From: Vicugna vicugna
Taxonomy: Eukaryota
Assembly: GCA_013265495.1 (NCBI GenBank)
Contig: MU057887.1
Span: forward strand, 2,017,576 to 2,081,575
Length of the DNA: 64,000 nucleotides
Direction of reading: 5' to 3'
Part shown: piece by piece, positions 50,008-62,609 of the stretch
Layout: each line of letters opens with the position of its first letter
Numbering within the stretch: position 1 is the stretch's first letter
The notes under the pieces: model-generated
Told to the model about the DNA's origin: nothing
Seen by the model: only the letters and a program-made list of their open reading frames with translations
Databases searched by the model: none
Translations under genes and position numbers: made by a program

Positions 50008-51799
50008 GTAAAGGGCGTAGGGGAAGGGGGATGGCGGTGCCTCCTGTAAAGAGCACAGCGGCGCAGCCCTGCGTTAAACGCTGACAAGGCCGGGAAGACC
50101 AAACACTAGGCAGCGTCTCTGGCGGCCCCGTGGCACCGCTGCCTTGCCGGGCGCAGCCCTGCCGCGGGCGCCAGGTCCCTCTCCAAACTGCCCCTCTGCA
50201 TCCCCGCCTGGGCCTCAGTTTCGCCGTGTGGGAAATGGCCCAGTGGTGGGAGCTGCCGGCATCTCCTGAGTGCTGCTGGCCGAGGTCCCCCAGCACTCAC
50301 GTGCCAGGGAGCCCTGGGGGGCTGCTGGGACGACAGGCAAACAGGTGCGGAGCTGCTGGTCCCCTCGGTGCGGCCTCCCTGAGATACAGTGAGCCGCGGG
50401 GCTCAGGGCCGCGGTCATTTACAGCAGTGGGGGCCCGAGAGGTGGGGGGCCAGCTCAAGGTCACACAGTCACTTAGTGGGGGCGGGCCGGCCCCTGGCCC
50501 CCCTGTCCAGCCCCCTCTGCTGGCCTCCTTATCGGCCACTGGGCAGGAGGGCGCTCCGGGCCCGGCCCCGGCTCTGCTATCGCACCTGGAGCCCAGCCAC
50601 TCCTCTCTGTAACTCCATCAGAATCCTTTATTCCTTCCGAGCTGTGACCCAGAAAAACCCCATTTGTGGTGCACACAGCTTCCTGCCTGCTTGGAATTCG
50701 CGAGCACAGAACCGCTTGCTTCGGGCGCCCCTGGCGCTGGGTGGAGAAGGGGGAGGCCCGGCCGGCGGGAGCCAGGCCAGGCTGGCTGGAGGCACAGGCG
50801 CTCAGTGGCCTGGGCTCTGGGGTCTTGGGACCCTGGCCAGGTGGTTTATTTTCTTGCTCTAGATAAATAAAAGGCAGAGCCCTAGAAGGAGGTCGGCGTG
50901 GGCAGAGGAGCTGGCCCATGGGAGGACGGGCCTTGCAGCTGAGCCCTCAGGGCGCAGCCTGTGGCTGGGCGGGGCCCTGCCTTGTCTGGCCTGACGCTCG
51001 GGGCAGAGGGCTCCAGGGAAGGGCAGGGGTGAGAAGTCCTGGGGATCAGCAGGGGCTGGTTGGGCTCCACCCCCACCTCCTGGGCACCGTCTAGAAAATG
51101 AAGGCAAACCTCACGCCTGGGAGCGGAGCCCCCCCTCCCCCCGCAGGCACTGAGGACCTGCGGAGTCCTGTGCAAAATCGGAGCCCACACTCCTAGCCCC
51201 TCAGACACCAGCCGTGCAGTCTCTCGTTCCCAGACTCCACCCGGGGGCCGAGGGTGCGTCTCACCGTCTGCGTGGCTGCAGGGCCAGGCAGCTTGTAGCC
51301 CCGGGGGTGGGGGAGACCACGGGATTCCCCCAACACCAAACAGGTATGTTCTGTCAACATTAAAACAGGAGAAAGCCACCTGTTGACCCCTTCCCAGCAG
51401 CAGGGCCCCAGGACAGCCTGGGCCAGGGGAGCCTGGCTATCAGGGGAAGAGTAACTCAGTGAGTCATTCTAGGCATCCGCCCAGGTTGCCCCTGGAACCA
51501 GAAGCGTTCCCAAACTGCCTCTGGTGTAACCTGTTCCAAGAGAAAACCATGTGCTGCCAGACCTACGAGGCCCCAGAGAGACCATTTCGAAGAGCCTCCC
51601 GCATCTTCCGGGGGCGAAAGCGAAAGGCAGGAGCTGACGCAGGGGGGTCCCACGGAGAGTGAGCTGGTGCAGGGCTCAGGGTCCCCGCTCCACACCCCGT
51701 GTCCCCCTCCCTACATGGTGACCCCCAAAGGGTCGAGGGCGCTGTGGAGACAAAGCACAGGATCTGAAGCCGCACGGACCTGGCTCTGAGCCCTAGTCA

Positions 51800-51915
51800 C
51801 TGGCTGTGAGATCCTGGGTCCATGATGTAAATGCTCTGAGCGGCAGCTTCCTTGTTTGCAACTGGGAGGTAACGTTCACTTCCTGCAGGATTGTCAAGCA
51901 GGTTAAAGACACAAC
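51800..51915 (+). mobile_element. MIR relic
   Basis: gctgtgagatcctggg...ctctgagcggcagcttccttgtttgcaactggg...ggattgtcaagcaggttaaag. Confidence 0.5.
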
Positions 51916-54279
51916 GTTGGGTTCCAATTTTGAGCAAGAAATATTAAGTGCATCCTGTCTTGTTATCCTGCTGAGCACAAATGTAAAGCTTGGGCGGAGG
52001 TAACGTGGGGCTTGGAGAGGGAGGTGGCAGCCAACAGACCGAGGAAGCAGACAGGTACGAAACAGGTGGGGAGCTTCCCATTGGTGTCTCCCAGCCTGGC
52101 GTTAAAGGCAGCATGAAGCGTGGACATACAGACCAGGTGTGGGCTGAAAGAGCCGCAGGAAAAACCCTTGCACTTCTGCCCGAGGGACAGAGAAGGAGCC
52201 CCCCGAGGCTTAGGGGCAGTGAGGGGAATCCACTGTGTTGCTTTCCCTTTTATCCTGTCTGTCTTGCCACAACTCAAGAGGATGCAGCGGAAAAGACGGG
52301 GCTGGGCGGGCACCTCAGAGGCACAGGGAGGGGTTTCCCCTCTCCTAGATGTGGTCCTAAGAGCAAGAGGTGAGTTCTTATTGCTTTGTCTTCTGTTCTC
52401 CTAATGTTTGGTCCAGACCCAAATGCAGTTGAGGAAAATACACAGCGAAGCAGGAAAAAATTGCAGCCCAGGCTTTTGGCTTGAGGACTGCAAAAGGGGC
52501 CCCAGAGAACCAAAAAGTGTCAGGCAATCATGACGAGAAAGGAAGTCAAGACAGCTGCCCTGTAAAGTGGAGCACGAGCTCCTGGCTTCTCTAAGCTGCG
52601 CATACATGGATCTGACGTTAAGGAGCACGCCCTGGATTCTGAGAGCTAAATTATGAGATACTCTGCTGCCCACGTCCCACACTGGCCCCCGAGTGCTCAC
52701 ATGCTGGACAGACCTGCAAAGCACCACAGAGACTTTAAACTGAGCTGACATTGAAGCTACAGCCCACAGGAGGAGTGCCAGAGCTTTGTTCTGAACATAA
52801 TCAGGTTGACTGTCTGCTACACCAAACACCTGCATGATCCAGAGGATTTGAAGAGGACCTAGAGCCTCACAGCATAACAATCAAAACGTCCAGTCCAATA
52901 TCACCACAACCCCGAAGTAACCGGCGCACACACAGGACAGGGGAAAGCCAGCTTGCAAGACGAAAGCCAATCAGCAGACATCAGTGCTGAGAAGCCACAG
53001 ATGCCAGCATCTTAGAAAAGTACTTTAAAAACCATGGCTTAAGAAGTAAGGGCAAACCCTCTGGAAACAAATGGAAAGAATGGAAACTCTCAACAAAGGA
53101 AAAAAAAGTGCAAAGAAGAAGCAAATGGAAGTTTTAGGGCGGAATATAATCCCTGAAATAGGAATTTCACAGATGGAGACACTAGCAGATCTGCAACGAC
53201 AGAAGAGAGAGCCGGTGAACTGGAAGACAAGCCAACAAAAGACGAGCTCTGAACACCAGAGAGGAGGCACCGGGAGAGAGTGAACAGAACCTCCAGGCCT
53301 CTGGGGCAGTAAAAAAGCTCCAGCATGCGTGCCGTCAGAGTTCCAGGAAAAGAGAAAAAAAGAACATGACACAGAAAAAGTATTTGAAAACAAATGTTGG
53401 CTGAAAACTCCCTAAATTTGGGGAAGACAGAAACGTTCGTTCATAGTCAAAAACCTCCAAGAAGGTGAACTCAAAGAAATCGTTGACCAGGCACATTCTA
53501 ACTGAGCTACTGAAAACTAACGACCACCCCCCGACCCCAAACCCAAATTCAAAGACCAAACAACAAGATAAACCAAACAAAGGTATTGAGAGAAAGACAC
53601 CGAACAGCATCTAAGGAAGCAACGAACCTGAGAAAGTGGGACGGCCAGGAGGAACTGACACGACCCTTTAAAAGAACCGGAAGAAGAGAGCTGTCAGCCC
53701 AGAATTCTACACCCGGGGTAAAGGAGAGAAGAGACAGATGAAGGAACCCTGGAAGAATTTGCTGCCAGCACATCTGCCCTCATAGAAATGCCGAAGGAGG
53801 TTTTTCAGAAATAAGGGAGATTACACCAGAGGGAAATGTGAAATACTGCGTAGATAGGAAGAAATAAGGGAATGATGACTTTCCAAGTAAACAGAATGTT
53901 CTCTGAAATTCTTTAAAATAAGACCACCGAAAGCAAAAATTAGAACGCTGTCTGATGGGATGTTCAAGGTTCGTGGGCATGATTCTGCTGTGGGAGGCAG
54001 CGCAGAGGCACTGGGAGGCACTCCCATGACGCTCGGGCTTATGCGGTCCACCTGGTGCGGTGAGACACGGAGTCTACACGCACCGTGAGACGTTCGGCAT
54101 GTGCATGGTAACTCAGACAGCAAGTCCGGACATAACCCCGCCAAAGGCATGGTCCAAACCTCAGCAGACAGAATAAGGGGGAATATTAAAACAAATCCAA
54201 TTAATTAAATCCGAATGGGAAATCGGGAAGAAAACCAGAACTCAGATAGTCTAAACATACCATCTAGAAGAGAGAGATG

Positions 54280-54540
54280 GGAAGTCAGTCCGAGAAACCA
54301 CGTATCGTAGGTGAAACGTCCAGAATGGAGACGTCCGCAGAGACAGAATGTAAAGCAGTGGCCTCCTGGGGCGGGCCTCGGGAGCGGAGACGGACGCTGC
54401 TGAGCATGGGGCTGGAACTGCTCCAAAATCAGATTGCTCGGATGGTTACAGACTCTGTGGATCCACCGGAGCCAAGCAGCTGGACACTCTAAGTGGGTGG
54501 ATTTTGTGGTGTTTAAAATGAACTTCAATAACGCTGTATA
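54280..54540 (+). mobile_element. L1MB-like 3' end nested in the large L1
   Basis: tgaaacgtccagaatggagacgtccgcagagacagaatgtaaagcagtggcctcctgggg...ggatggttacagactctgtg...gggtggattttgtggtg...aacttcaataacgctgt. Confidence 0.65.
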
Positions 54541-55639
54541 CACTGACGACTTAGAAAATAAACATTAGCATAATAGCAAAGTGTATCTTTTAAAAGTTAG
54601 GGATGGTCAGGACTGATTAAGAAAAGACACAGTGGTGGGCCCTTTCAAAAACCCGCTTTGAACATAAGGATACAGGTGACGTGAAAGCGGAACAGTGGAT
54701 GAACAGACAGCATGTGTTCTCTGATCCAAAGGAACCTGGGCCACGCGGACTTCAGGGCAAAGAAGGTGATCAGGGATGAAGAGGGACATTTGATTACATG
54801 TCGTAACGGGGCCGATCTACCAAGAGGAGGCAACAGTTTTAAAACACTGAACTTCAAAGTAAATGAAGTAAAAAGTGATAGAACTAAAAGGAGAAATGAA
54901 CAGCTTACCCATTGTATTGTAGACTTCAACACATTCCCTTGTCAGCAATCGAGGCAACAAAGAGGCAGAAAGTCAGCAAAGGTCTAGGAGACGGAGGACC
55001 CCGTTGGCCAGCTGGGTCTGAATGACACTTAAGTAATGCTCTAACCCACATTAGAAGAATTGTAGACTCTTTGCAAGTGCACGTGGAATGTTACCCCCAA
55101 TAGACTTTATTCTAACCGTGACACAGACCCCAATGCATTTTAAAATAATTGAAGTCACGCAAAGTATGTTCTCTGAACAAAATGGAATTAAACCAGAAAT
55201 GGATAAGAGAAAGTTGGCTGGTGAATCTTTAAGTATTTGATCGTTGAACAGAAAACTTCTAAATAATACACGGGCCAAAGAGGAAGCTTTATGGGAGATT
55301 AACAAATACTTTGAACAGAACAAAGATGAAAACACAGTGTATAAACCACAAGTAAGAGCCTGCTGGGGGCAGCCGGGGACGCGCTTAGAGGGCGATGTGT
55401 GGTGTTTAGTATTTACATGAGAAAGAAATGCTCAGGATCAAAAACGTGTCGCTACCATAAGACTACAGAAAAGAAGGGCGTAGTAAGCCCCGATGAGAAG
55501 AAAAGGAGTAGTGACGGCTGGAGTGGAAAACAATACGGTGTAAGCACAAAAACAGACCAAAAAAAAAAAAAAGAGGAATGAAAGCCTGTTTTTTTCTAAA
55601 AAGATCAATAAATGGATAAACTTCTAGCCAGACCAGCAA

Positions 55640-55702
55640 AGGAAGAAAGAGAGAAAAACAGAAATGGAGAAAGAGAGAGAGAGAGAAAGAAAGAAAGAAA
55701 GG
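55640..55702 (+). repeat. GA/GAAA purine-rich simple repeat
   Basis: agagagagagagagaaagaaagaaagaaa. Confidence 0.8.
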
Positions 55703-56442
55703 GACACATTTTCAGTTTGAACAAAGAGGGGACATCACTACACAATCCACAGACATTCAAGGGTTAATAAGCAAACACTACAAACAACTCTACACACACA
55801 CATTTGACAACTTTGATGAAATGAATCAATTCCTCCAAAGCCACAAACCACCATAATTCACTCAAGAAGAAATAGATAACCCGAGGAGTCCCATATCCAT
55901 CAAAGAAATTGAATTTATAGCTTAAAATCTTCCAAAGGAACAAAGGAAAACAAATGTCTGGGCCTAGACGATTTCGCTGGTCAATTCTGTCCAATATTTA
56001 AAGATGAAGTAATGCCGTATCAATATGGTTTTCCCCCCAGACAATTAGAGAGGAGGGACCACTTCCTAATTGATTTTATGTGGCTGAAACTACCCTGATA
56101 AAAAAGAGAGCCCCAAAAAAAGATCAAGCTTTCATGAACAGAGGTGCAAAAATGACAGCAAAATCTTAACAAATGGAGTCCAAGGGTACAGAAGACGTGT
56201 TCAGTATTCAAAAACCAATCACCATGATCCAGCATGAAAAAGACTAAAAAAAAAAAAAACCATTTGTCAAATAAAATTCTGCAGAAAAATTTTTGACAAA
56301 ATTCAGCTCCATTCTCAACAGAAGCTGTCAGCAAACTAGGAAAAGTAGGCCACCTTTTCAACCCGATGAAGGGCATTCTCCAGACGTCGTACCGAATGTG
56401 ACAGTCTCAACGTTCTCCCCCTAAGATCAGGACCAAGGCAAG

Positions 56443-57813
56443 GGTGCACATTTCCACCACTCCTGTTCAGCACCACGCTGAGTCCTCTGCCGTGCGTGAC
56501 AGCAAGAAGAAGGAGCAAAAGGCACACGTGCTGGGAAGAAAGAAGGAAAGTTGTAGCCGTTGCATACGATGCAACTGCACGCACAGAAAGTCCCAAGAAT
56601 CAACAAGAAAGGTACTAGGATAAGTGGGTTTTGTGACGATGAAGGAAACAGATCAACAGACAAAATTAAATCATTTATTTGTATCCTAGCAATGAATTTG
56701 GAAACCATTTTGAAACCAAAGTTAATAGAAACACTACCATTTAAAATATTTCCAAACTGTATGAGACACTGGGCTTTAAATCTAACGGAACAGATGCAGG
56801 ATCAGTGCGCTGAGAACCACAAAACACGGATGTAAGGAATCAAATGAGACCTGAGTCAAGGGAGGGAGGCGCCATATTCATGGATGGGAAGAGTCAATGT
56901 AGCTAAGACTTAAATTCTTTCCAAATGGACCTAGAGATTTAGTGCAGTTTCAGCAAAAATCCCAGTGGATTATTTTTCTGTAGGCATAGACGAATGGATT
57001 CAAAAATGTATATGGAAAACCAAAGGAATTAGAGTAGCCAAAGCAACATTTTTAAAGAGAAGAATCGACGTGGAGGAGGCCCGTTACCTGGTTTTAGGAC
57101 TTACCATAGAGCTGTGGCTCTCGAGGCAGGTGCACATTTCCACCACTCCTGTTCAGCACCACGCTGAGTCCTCTGCCGTGCGTGACAGCAAGAAGAAGGA
57201 GCAAAAGGCACACGTGCTGGGAAGAAAGAAGGAAAGTTGTAGCCGTTGCATACGATGCAACTGCACGCACAGAAAGTCCCAAGAATCAACAAGAAAGTTA
57301 CTAGGATAAGTGGGTTTTGTGGCGATGTAGGAAACAGATCAACAGACAAAATTAAATCATATATTTGTATACTAGCAATGAATTTGGAAACCATTTTGAA
57401 ACCAAGGTTAATAGAAACACTACCATTTAAAATATTTCCAAACTGTATGAAACACTGGGCTTTAAATCTAACGGAACAGATACAGGATCAGTGCGCTGAG
57501 AACCACAAAACACGGATGTAAGGAATCAAGTGAGACCTGAGTCAAGGGAGGGAGGCGCCATATTCATGGATGGGAAGAGTCAATGTAGCTAAGACTTAAA
57601 TTCTTTCCAAATGGACCCAGAGATTTAGTGCAGTTTCAGCAAAAATCCCAGTGGATTCTTTTTCTGTAGGCATAGACGAATGGATTCAAAAATGTATATG
57701 GAAAACCAAAGGAATTAGAATAGCCAAAGCAACATTTTTAAAGAGAAGAATCGACGTGGAGGAGGCCCGTTACCTGGTTTTAGGACTTACCATAGAGCTG
57801 TGGCTCTCGAGGC
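56443..57813. repeat. Direct tandem duplication, 686-bp period, inside L1 ORF2
   Basis: ggtgcacatttccaccactcc... starts at 56443 and 57129; both end ...gagctgtggctctcgaggc (57127, 57813); mirrored by twin ORFs 56560-56835 and 57246-57521. Confidence 0.97.
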
Positions 57814-60539
57814 TGAGGTGTGGCGAAGGGGTGGGCTCGTGGGCCAAAAGGACAGAACAGAAAGCAGAGAAATGAACCAACAGAATACGTCTAACAGACA
57901 CGAGCTAACACGTAATGGAAAGCAGAGAGGACTCGTTTCCAACAAATGGTGCTGGAGCAATTTGACACTCATGTGCAAAACTAGAATCTGGAGTGAAACT
58001 TGACACCTCACAAAACTCAGAAAGGTCGTAGATCTAAATGCAAAAGTAAATGGATACATTTTTTAGAAGATGAACGTGCAGTAAATATTTGCGACCTGTC
58101 ATGTAAAGAAATCAAAACACATGATCTAAAAAGAAAAAGAAACCCAGGATTTCATCAAAACTAAATACTTCTGTTCTGCGGGAGACCCTGTTCAGAGTAT
58201 GAAAACCCAAGCTGCAGACTGGGGGAAGGTATTTGCAAATCACATGTCAGATAAAATACCCAGAGCATATAAGGAGCTTGCAAAACTCAGCAGTTGGAAA
58301 CAAACCCAGTGGGGAAGAGGAGTGAGCACCAGATCTGAACAGACACTTCCCCCAGGAAGAGACACTGAGGTGCACGAGCCCAGGAGGAGACCGGCACCGT
58401 GACTCACCGCTAGGGAAGTGCACATTAGCACCCCAGGGAGATGCCTCCACACGGCTCACAAGCGCCGACACCGCCAAGTGCAGGAGAGGGTGTGCAGCGC
58501 TGGGGCTCACGCGCGCTGTGCTGGCAGGAATGCAGAATGGTTCTCACGGCCTCTGGGAAAACTCTGTCGGCTTCTTATCAAGTGAAACCTACTCTTATCT
58601 ATGATCCAGCAACCCTGTTCCCAGGTAATTGTCACAGAGAAACGAAAGCTCCGCACAGCACGGATATCTATAGAGGTTTTATTCATAATCATCAAAAAAT
58701 GGAAACTGCCCCTTGGTCCTTTAGCTGGATAAACAAACTGTGCTACATCCATACAACGAAATATGGTTTGGTGATAAACAAAATGGGTGAATATTGACCC
58801 ACGTACAACACGGGCGCGTCTCCGAAGCTTGACGCTGTGGGAGAGATGCAGTCTCGCCGTGGGATTCACGAGTGCCATCTTCCCGGAAGAGCAAACCAGA
58901 AGGACCGGAGCAGGTCAGGGGGTGCCGGTGGGTGTGGGGGGGAGTGGCCACAAAGGGGCAGACCTGGGGCGTTTTGGGGGTGATGAAACCGCCCTCCACT
59001 CTGATTACAGTGGAGGTTACAGAATCCATACGTGTGTTAAATCGCATATGAATGTCAGTCCAACAAAGTCACTTTTACTGCATGTTGATTTTTTAAAATC
59101 AAAATTTAAAAAATGATATAATGAAACAAAAATACACTTGTGTACATTATATATGTTGCTGTCATTCCTCTCTTTATTAATTAAAAAATTGTACAAGTTT
59201 CTACTGCAATGCTATAGCAAGAATGGACGTTTTTGACGGGCAGTGCACAGTGTGGGCAGCGCCCAGCCCTGCTGCCACCCCTTCCACCCTGGCAGGGCTC
59301 CCGAGGCTCACCCTGACCCTCCTGCATCTCAGCTCTGAGGGGCCCTGCTAAGCTCAGCGGGGAACGGTTGTGACTCCCTCGTGGTCTAAAGTGACCGACC
59401 CCACGCCCCGCTCTTCATCCGGACTGTTCACTTCCTCTGCTGTGGCACATCCCACCAGCCTCCCCTGCACGACCAGGATCCCTGAGGGGAGGGGAGGCTG
59501 CCACTGCCTCTCAGTCACCTCTGTGTCCCGAGGACCAGCCGGACGACTCAGGACCACACTCAGCAGAAGACCAGCCCCGCTGGAGCTGGAGGCGCACCAA
59601 GACCCAGAGGCGGGTCCTCGAGGGTGGCAGCTGTGTCTTCTCTGGCTGTGGGAGCCCATGTCGGAGCCCCTGCAGGCTTGAGGATGGTGGTGCCCGAGGC
59701 ACCACCTGGGTCTGCTCTGGGCTGGGGCCAAGGGGTCAGCGCGTGGCCAAGGACAGGGGCCACGTGTGCAGCCAGACCCAGGCCCGCTCCTCCGCCAGCC
59801 CCTGCTGCTGAAGTGCCCTCGTGCGTCCTGGTGACTCTTCACGAAGCGGGAGGCAGAGAACAAATCAGTGCGAAATAATATTTTTACTAAGTTTCTGCTC
59901 TCCAGCCTGTGCAGTTGTACCAACTTGTTAGCGGGCCCCTGGGAGCGCTGCGGTGCATACTGATGCCGGCTCATGCCAATTACCAGGCTGAGCGATGAAA
60001 CAGCCTTGTATCGTTTCACCAGTGCACGGGAACAGCAGGTGAACGCTATAGTTTATGATTTTCAATTATAAATCAAATAGACTGAGTTCTCGCTTCTCTT
60101 AATAAAGGCTGTAAAAGCACTGAAGTGTGTGGACGGGCTTCGGCTCGGGGAAGAAAAAACAGGTCGTGTTTCTAAGTGATCGCTTGTGTGGTGTTTTTGT
60201 TTCTGCCACTGTCTGCTGCACTCAAGGTTCAGAGGAACATTTTAGAATACGTGCATTTGGGAGGAGCCGGGGACTCGGGGCCTGGTTAATTACCCCAGAT
60301 GTGCTGAGACACGCTCCCGGCAGACCGGTGATCTCCCATCCCTCTGGGGGCCCTGCCCGTCCTAACACCTGCCCTGCTGCCCCGGGGAGGCGTCCCAGAG
60401 GGCGTGGGCGTTTGCTTGCATCTCTGGGGATGGCGCTCCTGCTGGACCAGAGGTGATGCTCAGGAGAGGATGGGACACGTGGTGATGGGGGGCAGGCCCA
60501 GTTCTGTTTCTCCTGAGCGAATCAGATGGCTTCCTTTGA

Positions 60540-60670
60540 GGATCCTGACTCTGCCCCTTGACAAGCTGATTAACCTGGGCAGTTTACCTGCCCTCTCTGT
60601 CCCCAGGTTGCTCCATCTATGAACAGCGGGGACAGTAACCCCCCTGGTACATCACACAGAGGCTGACGAG
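60540..60670 (+). mobile_element. MIR relic
   Basis: gatcctgactctgccccttgacaagctg...ctgggcagtttacctgccctctctgtccccaggttgctccatctatgaa. Confidence 0.65.
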
Positions 60671-61429
60671 CTGGCCCTGGGAAGCTGCTCGCGATTGCTC
60701 CCGGTGCGGGAGGAAAAGATGAGAGGGGCAGAAGGAATGAGAGCAACGTTCAGAGCAGTAGACAGAGTACAGAGAGCGGCAAGCAGGTAATTTATGTGTC
60801 CGGTAAGAGCTCTGAAGACACAGAACTGAGCAAAAATGGGAGACGTGGAAGATGAGTTTTCTCCTTTGAAGAAACAGCTCATTTATCAGGTAGAAACAGC
60901 TTATTACACGAAACTCAAAATGAGACACATCCAGTGAAAAATTTAAATTACAAGGATAAAGGAAACCATGGGGTAAATGTCCAGGTAGAAGAGAGACGGT
61001 GCACCAGCCTGGACGAGGGTCCTCGTGGCCTCGGCTTCCTCCCCTCCTGCGTTCAAGGCCCAAATGCCCTCAGAGGGGCGGCTTCTGCCAGGGCCTTAGG
61101 AGGTGTGTCCGTGGGGTTCCTGGCCAAGGCTGAAGCCCTGGGTTTCCAGCTCCTGCAGTCGGTCCCGCTCTGGGCAGGGCTCCGTCTGGAGGAGTGTGTG
61201 CTGGAGGCGGGTGAGTGGCGACCCCTCCCCACGCAAAAGTCTGGGAGCTGGGGCAGGGCAGCCTGGTGCTTGTCCCCCATGCCCTCCACACTGCGGGTGG
61301 TCGGGTCGGCTGGGGACGGAGCTGGCCAGTCCTGAGCCCGCTGCCCAGTGGGTAGCTCGCCTGGAGTTGGAAACGCAGAAGAGGGTGGTGGGCGTGGATG
61401 CCTGACTTCCATGTGGGAGGTGTGGCGAC

Positions 61430-61650
61430 TGTTCTGGGCCAAACTTTGTCCCCCTCAAATTCCTATGTTGAAGTCCTACCCTCTAGGACTTCAGCATGTG
61501 ACTATTTGGAAATAGGGTCTTGGCAGATGCAATTAGTTAAGATGAGTAAAACGCAGAAGGAACCAGCCCCGCTGACACATTGCCGTTGGACTTCTAGCCT
61601 CCAGACGGTGAGGAGCTGGACATTTCTGTGAAGGCAGCCAGGACACTACC
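61430..61650 (+). mobile_element. MaLR LTR (MLT1A/B-like), internally deleted
   Basis: tgtccccctcaaattcctatgttgaagtccta...tgtgactatttggaaatagggtctt...gttaagatgag joined to gaaggaaccagccccgctgacac...ggacttctagcctccagac. Confidence 0.8.
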
Positions 61651-61884
61651 AGTGACCACTGAGGTGTGGCTCAGGGAACTGGCCAGCCCAAGCCTCACCC
61701 ACAGAGGGGAAGTTAACAGGGCCATTGCTCTGAACTCCTCAGACTTGAAACCAAGCCCACGGTCAACGAGGGGACGTGGCCATCCCTCCCGGCCTGGAGC
61801 AGCTGTGATGCAAAAGTGCTCTTTAGAAGACCGCTGGCCCCACACTCCTGCATTCCTCACACGGGGAGTGCTGAAATGGACAGC

Positions 61885-62465
61885 GCCAAAGGAAACAAGT
61901 CCAGATTTAGGTCGGGAGTGCTCCCGTCGGTGAGGATCATTGCAATAATGGAGGGGGCTATCGAAATAGGGAGCATGCTCCCAGGGTCAGATCTGCAGCA
62001 CCTCGAAGGTCAGGCAGAGAGGGATTTCCTTTTATAGGGTGGGGCAAAGGAGGCTAGAAAGAACCAGCTATGGGCAACGGGCCATGTGATGGGACAGCTG
62101 AGCAGGGAATGTGCTTCCTCGTGGTCAGCTGACTCTCTGGAGGGGCCACGAGGGACAGCTGCCTGCTGGCTCAGGCTGACTCGGGGTGGGAGGGGACTCA
62201 GCTCCAGTTTGCTACAGCCAGTTAGCAAGCACTTTGTTCCCACCAATCAGTGGGAACAAGCCACTCAGCCAGTCATTTGTGAGGCACAGGATGGGACTTC
62301 GAGGGTCTGCATCTGGTCTTGTCCTAGGTAAGCAAGAGGCATCCAGGGGTCACATGGGCAAGTGGATTCTTTGTAGCAAGCGGTTTCCTGGAATACGGAT
62401 GGTGGGTAGGCATTTCTTAACCATTGCTGTTCTCCTGGAGCACAGGGCTCTGGCAGAGTTTCACA
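61885..62465 (-). mobile_element. ERV1 LTR (MER90/MER110-like)
   Basis: Ends atttcttaaccattgctgttctcctggagcacagggctctggcagagtttcaca (reverse complement of a TGTGAAACT.. LTR start); ccttttatagg is a reverse-complement TATA. Confidence 0.6.
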
Positions 62466-62487
62466 TGGTGGACAGTTTAGCTCTCAC

Positions 62488-62595
62488 GGTGACAATGAGG
62501 TGTTGTGGTGATGATGGTGATGGTGCCCGTGGTGATAGTGGTGATGGTGGTGTTGACAGTTTATCTCTTGGTGATGGTGATGATGATGGTAATTA
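62488..62595 (+). repeat. Degenerate (GGT/GAT)n low-complexity repeat
   Basis: gtggtgatgatggtgatggtg...ggtgatagtggtgatggtggtg...gtgatggtgatgatgatggt. Confidence 0.8.
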
Positions 62596-62609
62596 TAATG
62601 TGACAATCC

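Larger units (their letters stand above)
52000..59115 (+). mobile_element. Near full-length ancient L1 (L1MD/L1MC-like): 5'UTR, decayed ORF1 and ORF2, 3'UTR
   Basis: ORF1-like cagaattctacaccc (53700); EN/RT-like tgtagacttcaacac, aatggaattaaaccagaaat, aaaagatcaataaatggataaacttctagccagac, caacaaatggtgctggagcaa; 3' end tttactgcatgttgattttttaaaatcaaaatttaaaaaa. Many stops; 5' boundary approximate. Confidence 0.85.

Noticed and set aside
53025..58878. Short ORFs with L1 ORF1/ORF2-like peptides (e.g. NKWCWSN, IQKCIWKTK)
   Set aside because: Fragments of a decayed L1, not host genes or an active element
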